A stretch of DNA of 64,000 nt from contig NZ_CALSAL010000006.1 in assembly GCF_943372955.1 (NCBI RefSeq), positions 11,888 through 75,887 of the forward strand, read 5' to 3'. The notes below the pieces were generated by a model that was not told where the DNA came from, did not search any database, and saw nothing but the letters and a program-made list of their open reading frames with translations. The stretch is from Polaromonas sp. YR568. GTDB lineage: Bacteria > Pseudomonadota > Gammaproteobacteria > Burkholderiales > Burkholderiaceae_C. Position 1 is the first letter of the stretch; every line of letters starts with the position of its first letter. Position numbers and translations under genes: made by a program. This document shows positions 8,533 to 17,349 of this stretch, one piece after another.

Positions 8533-11498
8533 AGACGAAAACGCTGGTGATTGCGGAAAAGCCCTCGGTGGCCCAGGACATCGTGCGGGCCATCACGCCC
8601 ACCGCAGGCAAATTTGAGAAGCACGACGAGTACTTTGAGAGCGATGAGTGGCTGGTCACTTCAGCGGTGGGCCATCTGGTGGAGATCCAGGCGCCGGAGG
8701 AGTTCGACGTCAAGCGCGGCAAATGGAGCTTTGCCAACCTGCCGGTGATTCCGCCCTACTTTGACCTGAAGCCCATGGACAAGACGAAGACGCGGCTCAA
8801 CGCCATCGTCAAGCTGACCAAGCGCAAGGACGTGGGTGCGCTCGTCAACGCCTGCGACGCGGGCCGCGAGGGCGAGCTGATCTTCCGCCTGATCCAGCAA
8901 TACGCCAAGAGCAAACACCCGGTCAAACGCCTGTGGCTGCAGTCGATGACGCCTGCTGCCATCCGCGACGGCTTCGAAAGCCTGCGCAGCGAGAAGCAGA
9001 TGCAGGGCCTGGCTGATGCGGCGCGCTCGCGCTCTGAAGCCGACTGGATGGTCGGCATCAATGGCACCCGCGCCATGACAGCCTTCAACTCGCGCGATGG
9101 CGGTTTCTTCCTGACCACCGTCGGCCGCGTGCAGACGCCCACGTTGTCTGTCGTCGTGGAGCGCGAGGAAAAAATCCGCAAGTTCGTCAGTCGCGATTAC
9201 TGGGAAATCCACGCTTCTTTCCTCGCCGAAGCCGGTGAGTACCCGGCCAAGTGGTTTGACCCGAAGTGGAAGAAAGCCGCCGCCAACGCTGACAACACCG
9301 AACCCGATGCCGAGCTGAAGGCCGACCGCGTCTGGTCCGAGCGCGAGGCGCTGGCGATTGCCGAAGCGGTGCGCGGCAAGGCCGCCACCGTCACGGAAGA
9401 AAGCAAGCCCACCACGCAGGCGGCCGGCTTGTTGTTTGACTTGACGTCTTTGCAGCGCGAGGCCAACGGCAAGTTCGGCTTTTCGGCCAAGACCACGCTG
9501 TCGATTGCGCAAAGCCTGTACGAGCGCCACAAGGCATTGACCTACCCGCGAACCGATTCGCGCGCGCTGCCCGAAGACTATCTGCCGGTGGTGAAGAAAA
9601 CCTTTGAGATGCTGGCCGACAGCGGCATGAAGCACCTCGCGCCGTTTGCGCTGACGGCCCTGAACGGCAACTACATCAAGCCCAGCAAGCGCATCTTCGA
9701 CAACGCCAAGGTGAGCGATCACTTTGCCATCATCCCCACGCTGCAGGCGCCCAGCGGGCTGAGCGACGCGGAACAGAAGCTCTATGACCTGGTGGTGCGC
9801 CGCTTCATGGCGGTGTTTTTCCCGAGCGCCGAATACCTGGTCACCACGCGCATTTCGCAGGCGGTGGGCCACAGCTTCAAGACCGAAGGCAAGGTGCTGG
9901 TCAAGCCGGGCTGGCTCGCAATCTACGGCAAGGAAGCTGCCGACGAAGTGGCCGACGCCAAGGACGGCGACAAGGGCCAGAACCTGGTGCCTGTCAAGCC
10001 AGGCGAGATGGTGCGCGCTGAAGTGGTGGAGGCCAAAGGCCTGAAGACCCGTCCGCCGGCCCGCTTCTCTGAGGCGACCCTGCTCGGCGCGATGGAAGGC
10101 GCCGGCAAGACGATCGACGACGACGAGCTGCGCGAAGCGATGCAGGAAAAAGGTCTGGGTACGCCCGCCACCCGCGCCGCCACCATCGAGGGCCTGATCG
10201 CCGAGAAGTACATGCTGCGCGAGGGCCGTGAACTGATTCCCACCGCCAAGGCCTTCCAGCTGATGACACTGCTGCGCGGGCTGGGCGTCGAGGAACTCTC
10301 CAAGGCCGAGCTCACCGGCGAGTGGGAGCACAAGCTGGCGCAGATGGAGCACGGCCAGCTCAGCCGCGAAACCTTCATGGCCGAGATTGCCGCGATGACG
10401 GAGAACCTCGTCAACAAGGCCAAGGGCTACGACAAGGACACCATTCCCGGCGACTACGCCACCCTTCAGACGCCCTGCCCGAACTGCGGCGGCGTCATCA
10501 AGGAAAACTACCGCCGCTACACCTGCACCGGCAAGAGTGGTGACGACGGCTGCGGCTTCTCCTTCGGCAAGACGCCGGCCGGCCGCACCTTCGAGCTGGC
10601 CGAGGTCGAGCAGTTCCTGCGCGACCGCAAGATCGGCCCGCTCGATGGTTTCCGCTCCAAGGCGGGCTGGCCCTTCACCGCCGAGATGGTGATCAAGTTT
10701 GATGAAGAGACGAAGAACTACAAGCTGGAGTTCGACTTTGGCGATGACAAGAACGCCGAGACCGGTGAGATCGTCGATTTCAGCGCGCAGCAGTCGCTTG
10801 GCCCCTGCCCGAAATGCGCCTCGCGCGTGTTCGAGTTCGGCAAGAACTACGTCTGCGAAAAATCAGTGCCCACGCATGCGCAGCCCACGCCCACCTGCGA
10901 CTTCAAGACCGGCCAGGTGATCCTGCAGCAGCCGGTGGAGCGCGAGCAGATGCACAAGCTGCTGGAAACCGGCAAGACCGACATGCTGGACAAGTTTGTC
11001 TCCATGCGCACCCGCCGCCCCTTCAAGGCCATGCTGGCCTGGGACGCAGAAGCAGGCAAGGTCAACTTCGAGTTCGCGCCGTCCAAGTTCCCGCCGCGCA
11101 AACCGGCTGCAGCCAAAACCGGCACGGTGAAAACCCCGTTTGGCAAGACAGTGGCTGTGAAGACGGCAGGCGCACCAGCAGCGAAGAAGGCGGCGGTCAA
11201 GAAAGTCGCTGCCAAAAAGACACCCGCCGCGAAAGCCGCCAAACCGAAAGTGGCCCGCGTGGCCAAGCCGGGCGCCGGCCTCACGCCGAGCAGCGCACTG
11301 GCCGCGGTGATTGGCGCCGAGCCGGTGGCACGCACCCAGGTCATCAAGAAGCTGTGGGACTACATCAAGGCCGAGGGCCTGCAGGACGCCGCCAACAAGC
11401 GCGCCATCAACGCTGACGCGAAGCTGCTGCCGGTCTTCGGCAAGCCGCAGGTGACGATGTTTGAACTCGCCGGGATTGTGGGCAAGCACCTGGCTTGA
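8529..11498 (+). CDS. topB: DNA topoisomerase III with Lys/Ala-rich linker and C-terminal SWIB/MDM2 domain
   Basis: Toprim start KTLVIAEKPSVAQDI, type IA core over ~650 aa, Cys4 zinc ribbons (CPNCGG...C, CPKCAS...C). K/A-rich region at nt ~11094-11276. SWIB-like last 73 aa (VIKKLWDYIKAEGLQD...). The ATG overlaps the tlpA-like stop (ATGA). Confidence 0.9.
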   Translation: MKTKTLVIAEKPSVAQDIVRAITPTAGKFEKHDEYFESDEWLVTSAVGHLVEIQAPEEFDVKRGKWSFANLPVIPPYFDLKPMDKTKTRLNAIVKLTKRKDVGALVNACDAGREGELIFRLIQQYAKSKHPVKRLWLQSMTPAAIRDGFESLRSEKQMQGLADAARSRSEADWMVGINGTRAMTAFNSRDGGFFLTTVGRVQTPTLSVVVEREEKIRKFVSRDYWEIHASFLAEAGEYPAKWFDPKWKKAAANADNTEPDAELKADRVWSEREALAIAEAVRGKAATVTEESKPTTQAAGLLFDLTSLQREANGKFGFSAKTTLSIAQSLYERHKALTYPRTDSRALPEDYLPVVKKTFEMLADSGMKHLAPFALTALNGNYIKPSKRIFDNAKVSDHFAIIPTLQAPSGLSDAEQKLYDLVVRRFMAVFFPSAEYLVTTRISQAVGHSFKTEGKVLVKPGWLAIYGKEAADEVADAKDGDKGQNLVPVKPGEMVRAEVVEAKGLKTRPPARFSEATLLGAMEGAGKTIDDDELREAMQEKGLGTPATRAATIEGLIAEKYMLREGRELIPTAKAFQLMTLLRGLGVEELSKAELTGEWEHKLAQMEHGQLSRETFMAEIAAMTENLVNKAKGYDKDTIPGDYATLQTPCPNCGGVIKENYRRYTCTGKSGDDGCGFSFGKTPAGRTFELAEVEQFLRDRKIGPLDGFRSKAGWPFTAEMVIKFDEETKNYKLEFDFGDDKNAETGEIVDFSAQQSLGPCPKCASRVFEFGKNYVCEKSVPTHAQPTPTCDFKTGQVILQQPVEREQMHKLLETGKTDMLDKFVSMRTRRPFKAMLAWDAEAGKVNFEFAPSKFPPRKPAAAKTGTVKTPFGKTVAVKTAGAPAAKKAAVKKVAAKKTPAAKAAKPKVARVAKPGAGLTPSSALAAVIGAEPVARTQVIKKLWDYIKAEGLQDAANKRAINADAKLLPVFGKPQVTMFELAGIVGKHLA

Positions 11499-11540
11499 GT
11501 GGTTACGGCGGTCAGCCGGACTCACCGGCAGTGCTGCGCG

Positions 11541-12341
11541 TCATCGCGCAGGCTGCATGGCCTTCGCTGCGGCGGCAGCGGCCAGAAAGTCTTCGAGCAG
11601 CGCGGCGTCATCAATGGTGTTGGCGCCCTGCTCGTGAAACTCGGGGTGCCACTGGGTGGCGGCGATGTAGCTCTTGCTGCGGTCCTTGCGGCGGATGGCT
11701 TCGACAATGCCGTCGTCGACGCTGATCGCCTCCACCTCGAACTCGGGCGCGAGCTGCTTGATGCCCTGGTGGTGAATGCTGTTGACGCGCACCCGTTCGA
11801 CACCGGGGTACAGCGTGGACAGGTGTGAGCCTGGCACGATGTTGACGCTGTGGAAGTTCTGGTCATAGGTGGTGGCGTCGCGGTGGACGAACGACTCAGG
11901 CACCTGGGTGTTGATGTCCTGATAGAGCGTGCCGCCGAAGGCGACGTTGAGCAGCTGCAGGCCGCGGCAGACACCGAAGATGGGCTTGCCCACCGATTCG
12001 AAGGCCTTCACCAGCGCCATGTCGTACTCATCGCGCACGCGGTCGCCCGACCACTGCTCCTCCAGCGGTGTTTCGCCATAGCTGCCGGGCCAGACATCGG
12101 CGCCGCCGTGCAGCACCAGGCCATCCAGCCACTCGGCGTAGTGCTCGTACGCGACGTCGCCACGTTGTGTGCTGCCAGTGGGGCAGGGCACCATCACCAC
12201 CATCGCGCCGGACGACATCAGCCAGTGGGCAATCGACTGCTCGACGTACTGAAGAGTCTTGCCGGTGAAGAAAGAGCGTGTCGGATCGGCATGCGAGAAA
12301 CAGGCGGACAAACCAATCTTCAGGCGATGGGTGGCGGTCAT
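11541..12341 (-). CDS. gamma-glutamyl-gamma-aminobutyrate hydrolase family protein (class I glutamine amidotransferase, peptidase C26)
   Basis: Catalytic Cys in GVCRGLQLLNVAFGG; SIHHQGI; WHPE. Confidence 0.8.
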   Translation of the reverse strand: MTATHRLKIGLSACFSHADPTRSFFTGKTLQYVEQSIAHWLMSSGAMVVMVPCPTGSTQRGDVAYEHYAEWLDGLVLHGGADVWPGSYGETPLEEQWSGDRVRDEYDMALVKAFESVGKPIFGVCRGLQLLNVAFGGTLYQDINTQVPESFVHRDATTYDQNFHSVNIVPGSHLSTLYPGVERVRVNSIHHQGIKQLAPEFEVEAISVDDGIVEAIRRKDRSKSYIAATQWHPEFHEQGANTIDDAALLEDFLAAAAAAKAMQPAR

Positions 12342-12411
12342 GAGTCTTCCTTTGGGTTCGGCAAAAGCTGGCAGGAGCTGACAAGAGCAGCACGCACGGA
12401 GCGGGCCAGCA

Positions 12412-13887
12412 TCATGCCGGTGAGGCCTCCGGGATGCCGACGAAGCGCACCGTCACCCGGGTCCCAGGGGTTTGTGCGTGACCGGCCAGACCGGCATCTT
12501 CAATGGTGACAGTGGCGCCATGCTGCTTGGCGATTTCCAGCACGATGGCCAGCCCGAGGCCTGAGCCATCGACGTTGGTGCCCAGTGCGCGGTAGAAGGG
12601 CTGGAACACCAGCTCGCGTTCGGATTCGACAATGCCGGGCCCCGAGTCTTCGACCATCAGCACCAGCACGCCGCTGAAGCGGTCGGTCATCATGCGCAGC
12701 GTGACTTGTCCGTTCTCCGGGGTGTAGTTGATCGCGTTGTCGAGCAGGTTGCGCACCAGCTCCTTGAGCAGTGTGGCGTTGCCGTCGAGCTGCATGGCCT
12801 GCTCGCCCGCCTCCGGGCCGTCGTAGCCGAGATCGATCTTTTTTTCCAGCGCGCGCGGCACCGAGTCGGCCATCACTTCCGAGGCCACATGCACCAGGTC
12901 CACCCGCTGCTTGGCCAGGCTGCGGCCAGTGGTTTCTGCGCGCGCGAGTGCCAGCAACTGGTTGACGGTGTGCGTTGCCCGCACGCTGGCGCGGCCGATG
13001 TGCTTGAGCGATTTTTTCAGTTCATCGGCATCGGTTTCACGCTGCGCCAGATCGGCCTGCATGCGCAGGCCTGCCAGCGGTGTCTTGAGCTGGTGGGCGG
13101 CGTCGGCCAGAAAGCGCTTTTGCGTGGTGAGCGACACCTTCAGGCGGCTGAGCAGGTCGTTGATGGACGACACCAGCGGCGCGACTTCTTCCGGCACCGC
13201 GGCTTCGTCCAGCGGGCTCATGTCGTCTGACTTGCGCGCGCGGATGCGCTTTTCCAGCTGCGCCAGTGGCTTGATGCCCCGCACCAGCGCCAGCCACACC
13301 AGCAGCACCGCCAGCGGCAGCGTGACGAACTGGGGCACCATCGTGCCCTTGACGATTTCGGTGGCCAGCGTCTTGCGCTTTTCCAGCGTTTCGGCCACCT
13401 GCACCAGCACGGTGGGTGATCCGGACTTGGTGTCGCCTTGGGCTTCTGCCGGGAGATCGACCTTCAGCCAGGTGTAGGCCACGCGCACTTCCTCGCCCTG
13501 GATCGTGTCTTCGCGCAAGCGCACCTCGCCGTTGACCGGCTTGTCTTCGTTGGGCGGCAACGGCAGGTCCAGCTCGCCGCTGAGGAACTCGCCGCGCGTG
13601 CCAATCACTTGGTAATAGACCAGGTCGGTGTCGTCGGCGCGCAGGATCTCGCGGGCTGGCGCAGTCAGGTTGAACTGCACCTGGTTGTTCTTCACCACCA
13701 CCAGCTTGGCCAGCGCCTGCACGTTGTATTCCAGCGCGCGGTCAAACGGTTTGCCGGCAATGTTCTGCGCCACCAGCCAGGTCAGCGCGAGGCTGATTGG
13801 CCACAGCAGCAACAGCGGCGTGAGCATCCAGTCGAGGATCTCGCCGAAGAGGCTCCTGCGCTCGCGTTGGAAAAGTCTAAGAGCCAC
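12412..13887 (-). CDS. sensor histidine kinase (TctE/QseC-like)
   Basis: GTG start 13887-13885. Two TM segments flank a periplasmic region. H-box LADAAHQLKTPLAGL; ATPase boxes LVRNLLDNAINYT, VEDSGPGI, GSGLGLAIV. Confidence 0.85.
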   Translation of the reverse strand: MALRLFQRERRSLFGEILDWMLTPLLLLWPISLALTWLVAQNIAGKPFDRALEYNVQALAKLVVVKNNQVQFNLTAPAREILRADDTDLVYYQVIGTRGEFLSGELDLPLPPNEDKPVNGEVRLREDTIQGEEVRVAYTWLKVDLPAEAQGDTKSGSPTVLVQVAETLEKRKTLATEIVKGTMVPQFVTLPLAVLLVWLALVRGIKPLAQLEKRIRARKSDDMSPLDEAAVPEEVAPLVSSINDLLSRLKVSLTTQKRFLADAAHQLKTPLAGLRMQADLAQRETDADELKKSLKHIGRASVRATHTVNQLLALARAETTGRSLAKQRVDLVHVASEVMADSVPRALEKKIDLGYDGPEAGEQAMQLDGNATLLKELVRNLLDNAINYTPENGQVTLRMMTDRFSGVLVLMVEDSGPGIVESERELVFQPFYRALGTNVDGSGLGLAIVLEIAKQHGATVTIEDAGLAGHAQTPGTRVTVRFVGIPEASPA

Positions 13888-13894
13888 AGATCAA

Positions 13895-14113
13895 GGTGCT
13901 GGGCGGACGTTCATCCGCTGGGCGTTCTCTTCATGCCAGCAGGAGCCGTGGAACCGGCTTCGCCGGGCAGCAGGCGGGGCGACCCCCTCGGGGGGCAGGG
14001 CGCTACACGCAGTGAGCAAGCGTGGGGGCCAAGTTTTTCCGCCGGGCCGCCCCAAGGAAAAATGCGCCCCCTCGGGGGGCAGCGCATTACACGCAGTGAA
14101 AAGCGTGGGGGCC
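13895..14113. repeat. REP-like repeat, full copy B (core 13942-14030) plus truncated tandem copy B' (14041-14113)
   Basis: Shares GGAGCCGTGGAACCGGCT..CCGGGC..CAGGCGG...CCCCCTCGGGGGGCAGGG...CGTGGGGGCC with copies A and C. It fills the whole spacer between the response-regulator stop and the kinase start. Confidence 0.7.
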
Positions 14114-14120
14114 ATATCTG

Positions 14121-14795
14121 CTATCCAGGGATCTTCTCAAGGCAGTAACCCAGGCCGCGCACTGTGGCGATGCGAATCGGACCTTTCTCAATCTTCTTGC
14201 GCAGTCGGTGGATGTACACCTCGATGGCGTTGTTGCTGACTTCCTCGCCCCACTCGCACAGGCGCTCGACCAGCTGATCCTTGCTGACCAGGCGGCCGGC
14301 GCGCTGCAGCAGCACTTCGAGCAGGCCCAGCTCGCGCGCAGACAGCTCCAGCATCTGGCCGTCGATGGTGGCCACGCGGCCGGCCTGGTCGTACACCAGC
14401 GGGCCGTGCTTGATGGTGCTGCTGGCGCCGCCCATGCCGCGGCGGATCAGTGCGCGCACGCGGGCTTCGAGTTCCTGCAGCGAGAAGGGCTTGGCCATGT
14501 AGTCGTCGGCGCCGTAGTCGAGACCTTTGACGCGTTCTTCCACGCTGTCGGCAGCGGTCAGGATCAGCACCGGCATGGCCGAACCACGTGCGCGCAGGCG
14601 CTTGAGCACTTCCAGCCCGTGCATGCGCGGCAGGCCCAGGTCGAGGATGAGCAAATCGAACTCGGTGTTGGTCAGCAGGGCGGCATCGGCTTCGGTGCCG
14701 CTGGAGACATGGTCGGCGGCGGCGCCCGAGGCGCGCAGCGTGCGCAGCAGGCCATCGGCCAGAACCTGGTCGTCTTCGGCAATCAGAATACGCAT
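14121..14795 (-). CDS. OmpR/PhoB-family response regulator (TctD-like)
   Basis: ORF 14121..14882 trimmed to Met30 (ATG 14795-14793). MRILIAEDDQVLADGL, LLILDLGLP, winged helix VEVYIHRLRKKI...VRGLGY. Confidence 0.9.
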   Translation of the reverse strand: MRILIAEDDQVLADGLLRTLRASGAAADHVSSGTEADAALLTNTEFDLLILDLGLPRMHGLEVLKRLRARGSAMPVLILTAADSVEERVKGLDYGADDYMAKPFSLQELEARVRALIRRGMGGASSTIKHGPLVYDQAGRVATIDGQMLELSARELGLLEVLLQRAGRLVSKDQLVERLCEWGEEVSNNAIEVYIHRLRKKIEKGPIRIATVRGLGYCLEKIPG

Positions 14796-14976
14796 GGCTG
14801 TCTCCAGAGATCGGTTCGCTGCGGGTTGGGGTCTGTTAACGCATCTCGCAAAAATAGCGCTAATAGGCCCTAGCAGGAACACGGTATTGCTTGTCCGTCA
14901 AATTCTAGGCCTTTGCTCCGAGTGTTTACTTCGGGTCTTTGCTTGAGGTCTTTACGCTCTGACCGCCTGATGCGCA

Positions 14977-15492
14977 TCACTCCGTGGCGTAAGCCTCCAG
15001 CCCCAGCGCGACCACGGTGGCCACATCGGTGCCAACGGCCTGCCGGAACTCTTCTTCGGCCTGTAGCACCGCGCGCCTGAAAGCCTCCAGCCACTGCAGA
15101 CCCGATTCGGTGAAGACCACCCGGCGCGCACGCCGGTCGTGCGGGTCCGGCTCGCGCGTCACCAGGCCCCAGGCTTCGCACTGGTCCACCAGGTCGCCCA
15201 TGGCCTGCTTGCTCATGCCGGCGCTGTGCGCCAGATCGGTCAGCCGCGAGCCATTCACGGCCAGATGCCGTGTGATGTGGATGTGCGCAGCGCCCACCTG
15301 GTCGCGCGCAGCCAGGTTCGACAGCGCCAGCGGCACTTCCACGTTGCTGGCCATCAGCGCCAGCACACGTTCGTCGAAGCGTCGCAGCGCGTGGCCCATG
15401 CGCCGGCCTAGGTGCGTCAGCCGCCAGCCCGGCTCCGCCGGCCCGAAGCGGTTGGACATGGCTTGAGCGTTCATTTCCTGCATGCCCGTCAT
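14977..15492 (-). CDS. MarR family transcriptional regulator
   Basis: Winged-helix pattern ITRHLAVNGSRLTDLAHSAGMSKQAMGDLVDQCEAWGLVTREPDPHDRRARRVVFTESG. Confidence 0.8.
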   Translation of the reverse strand: MTGMQEMNAQAMSNRFGPAEPGWRLTHLGRRMGHALRRFDERVLALMASNVEVPLALSNLAARDQVGAAHIHITRHLAVNGSRLTDLAHSAGMSKQAMGDLVDQCEAWGLVTREPDPHDRRARRVVFTESGLQWLEAFRRAVLQAEEEFRQAVGTDVATVVALGLEAYATE

Positions 15493-15512
15493 GCTAGCTG
15501 ATCGACGGCTAA

Positions 15513-15533
15513 TTAGTCAGGCAAACTGACTAA
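15513..15533. promoter_or_regulatory. perfect 8-bp inverted repeat TTAGTCAG-N5-CTGACTAA, candidate MarR operator
   Basis: Read directly, 21 nt upstream of the marR ATG (15492). Size and spacing fit a dimeric winged-helix operator. Confidence 0.4.
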
Positions 15534-15541
15534 AAACAGGG

Positions 15542-15588
15542 TTTACTTATTTATACCCTGCTCATAAAGTACTGGTCATGTATCCAGC
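15542..15588 (+). promoter_or_regulatory. candidate recA promoter (TTTACT-17 nt-TAAAGT) followed immediately by a LexA/SOS box TACTGGTCATGTATCCAGC (CTG-N10-CAG)
   Basis: -35 at 15542-15547, -10 at 15565-15570, CTG-N10-CAG at 15572-15587, about 85 nt upstream of the recA ATG. Confidence 0.5.
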
Positions 15589-15670
15589 GCTGTGATTAAA
15601 AGCAGATGGCTGGAGAACCAGAAGAAGTAACCACAACTGTTTCAAATCGTTGATTTTCAAGGAGTTTTTC

Positions 15671-16807
15671 ATGGAACTGACCAGCAAACTGAACCCCGCC
15701 CAGCACCCTGTGCAAACCGCCGCCCTGAACAGTGAAAAGGCCAAGGCGCTGCAAGCGGCTCTGGCCCAGATCGAGAAGCAGTTTGGCAAAGGCACCATCA
15801 TGAAGCTGGGTGATGGCGAGGTGATCGAGGACATCCAGGTCGTCTCCACCGGTTCGCTGGGTCTGGACATTGCCCTGGGCGTTGGCGGTCTGCCGCGCGG
15901 CCGGGTGGTTGAAATTTACGGTCCGGAGTCATCGGGCAAGACCACGCTGACGCTGCAGGTCATTGCCGAGATGCAAAAGCTGGGCGGCACCTGCGCCTTT
16001 GTCGACGCCGAGCACGCGCTGGACATCCAGTACGCGCAAAAGCTGGGCGTGAACCTGCAGGACCTGCTGATCAGCCAGCCCGACACCGGCGAGCAGGCGC
16101 TGGAAATTGTCGATTCACTGACCCGCTCCGGCGCGGTTGACCTGATCGTGGTCGACTCGGTGGCGGCGCTGACGCCCAAGGCCGAACTCGAAGGCGAAAT
16201 GGGCGACTCGCTGCCCGGCCTGCAGGCCCGTTTGATGAGCCAGGCGCTGCGCAAGCTCACCGCCACCATCAAGAAGGCCAACTGCATGGTCATTTTCATC
16301 AACCAGATCCGCATGAAGATTGGCGTGATGTTCGGCTCGCCCGAAACCACCACCGGCGGCAATGCGCTGAAGTTCTACGCCTCGGTGCGGCTGGACATCC
16401 GCCGCATCGGCTCCATCAAGAAGGGCGAAGACGTCATCGGCAACGAAACCCGCGTCAAGGTGGTCAAGAACAAGGTGGCCTCACCGTTCAAGACGGCGGA
16501 GTTCGACATTCTTTACGGCGAGGGCATCAGCCGGCTGGGTGAGGTGCTGGACCTGGGTGTGGCGGGCCATATCGTCGAGAAAGCCGGTGCCTGGTACGCA
16601 TTCAACGGCGAAAAGATTGGTCAGGGCCGTGACAACGCCCGCGAGTTCCTCAAGGAGAACCCCGAGCTCGCCATCGAGATCGAGAACAAGGTACGCGAGT
16701 CGCTGGGCATTCCACCGGTGCAGGTGGCAGGCAGCGTGGACGCGGCACCAGCCGAGAAAGCCCCGAAAGCTGAAAAGGCTGAGAAGCCCGCCAAAGTTGC
16801 GGCCTGA
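15671..16807 (+). CDS. recA: recombinase RecA
   Basis: AAGGAG 6 nt upstream of ATG 15671 (the ORF-track start 15650 is TTG). [18 protein letters not shown], Walker [10 protein letters not shown], full-length RecA pattern. Unusual [14 protein letters not shown]-terminus. Confidence 0.95.
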   Translation: MELTSKLNPAQHPVQTAALNSEKAKALQAALAQIEKQFGKGTIMKLGDGEVIEDIQVVSTGSLGLDIALGVGGLPRGRVVEIYGPESSGKTTLTLQVIAEMQKLGGTCAFVDAEHALDIQYAQKLGVNLQDLLISQPDTGEQALEIVDSLTRSGAVDLIVVDSVAALTPKAELEGEMGDSLPGLQARLMSQALRKLTATIKKANCMVIFINQIRMKIGVMFGSPETTTGGNALKFYASVRLDIRRIGSIKKGEDVIGNETRVKVVKNKVASPFKTAEFDILYGEGISRLGEVLDLGVAGHIVEKAGAWYAFNGEKIGQGRDNAREFLKENPELAIEIENKVRESLGIPPVQVAGSVDAAPAEKAPKAEKAEKPAKVAA

Positions 16808-16835
16808 TCTGTGTTGAGCTGAGCGCGTTTGAGCC

Positions 16836-17348
16836 ATGACCTCCTCCGACGCCTCGCCCCCTGAGACCAGCGCTGATGCCCCGCGCAAGCCCGCCGCCCG
16901 TGCGGGCTTTGCGCTGTCACTCAAGGGCCGCGCCTTGCGCTACCTCGCGGCACGCGAGCATTCGCGCAGCGAGCTGGAGCGCAAGCTGGCACCGTTTGAA
17001 GAGACACCCGGCCAGCTCGCTCAGGTGCTTGACGACCTGCAGGCCAAGGATTTCATCAGTGAAGCGCGGGTGGTCGAATCCGTCATCCACCGGCGCGCCG
17101 GGCGCTTCGGCGCTTCGCGCATTCGCCACGAGCTGCTGAACAAGGGGTTGGACACCGAACGCGTGGCCGACGCCATGGACGCCCTGAAGTCCACCGAACT
17201 GGAGCGTGCCCGCGACATCTGGCGCCGCAAGTTCGGAGAGCCCGCCCCCGATGCTGCCGGCCGTGCCAAGCAGATGCGATTTCTGGCGGCGAGGGGTTTC
17301 AGCGGCGACGTGATCCGGCGCGTGGTGTCGTCCAGCGACGACGATTGA
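16836..17348 (+). CDS. recX: recombination regulator RecX
   Basis: 28 nt downstream of recA. ALRYLAAREHSRSELERKL and a repeated three-helix pattern. Confidence 0.8.
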   Translation: MTSSDASPPETSADAPRKPAARAGFALSLKGRALRYLAAREHSRSELERKLAPFEETPGQLAQVLDDLQAKDFISEARVVESVIHRRAGRFGASRIRHELLNKGLDTERVADAMDALKSTELERARDIWRRKFGEPAPDAAGRAKQMRFLAARGFSGDVIRRVVSSSDDD

Positions 17349-17349
17349 T

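Noticed and set aside
8661-10352. 563-aa ORF antisense to topB
   Set aside because: Its Arg/Gly/Ala/His-rich composition is typical of the antisense frame of a high-GC gene. No motif is recognisable, and the opposite strand encodes a full-length topoisomerase III.
11499-11540. Terminator between the convergent topB and amidotransferase genes (GCCGG-ACTCA-CCGGC)
   Set aside because: The stem is only 5 bp with no T-run, which is too weak to call.
13895-14113. Tandem repeat copies B/B' as a mini CRISPR array
   Set aside because: There are only about 1.8 imperfect units with no regular repeat-spacer periodicity and no cas genes. The same unit occurs singly elsewhere, so it is a REP-type element.
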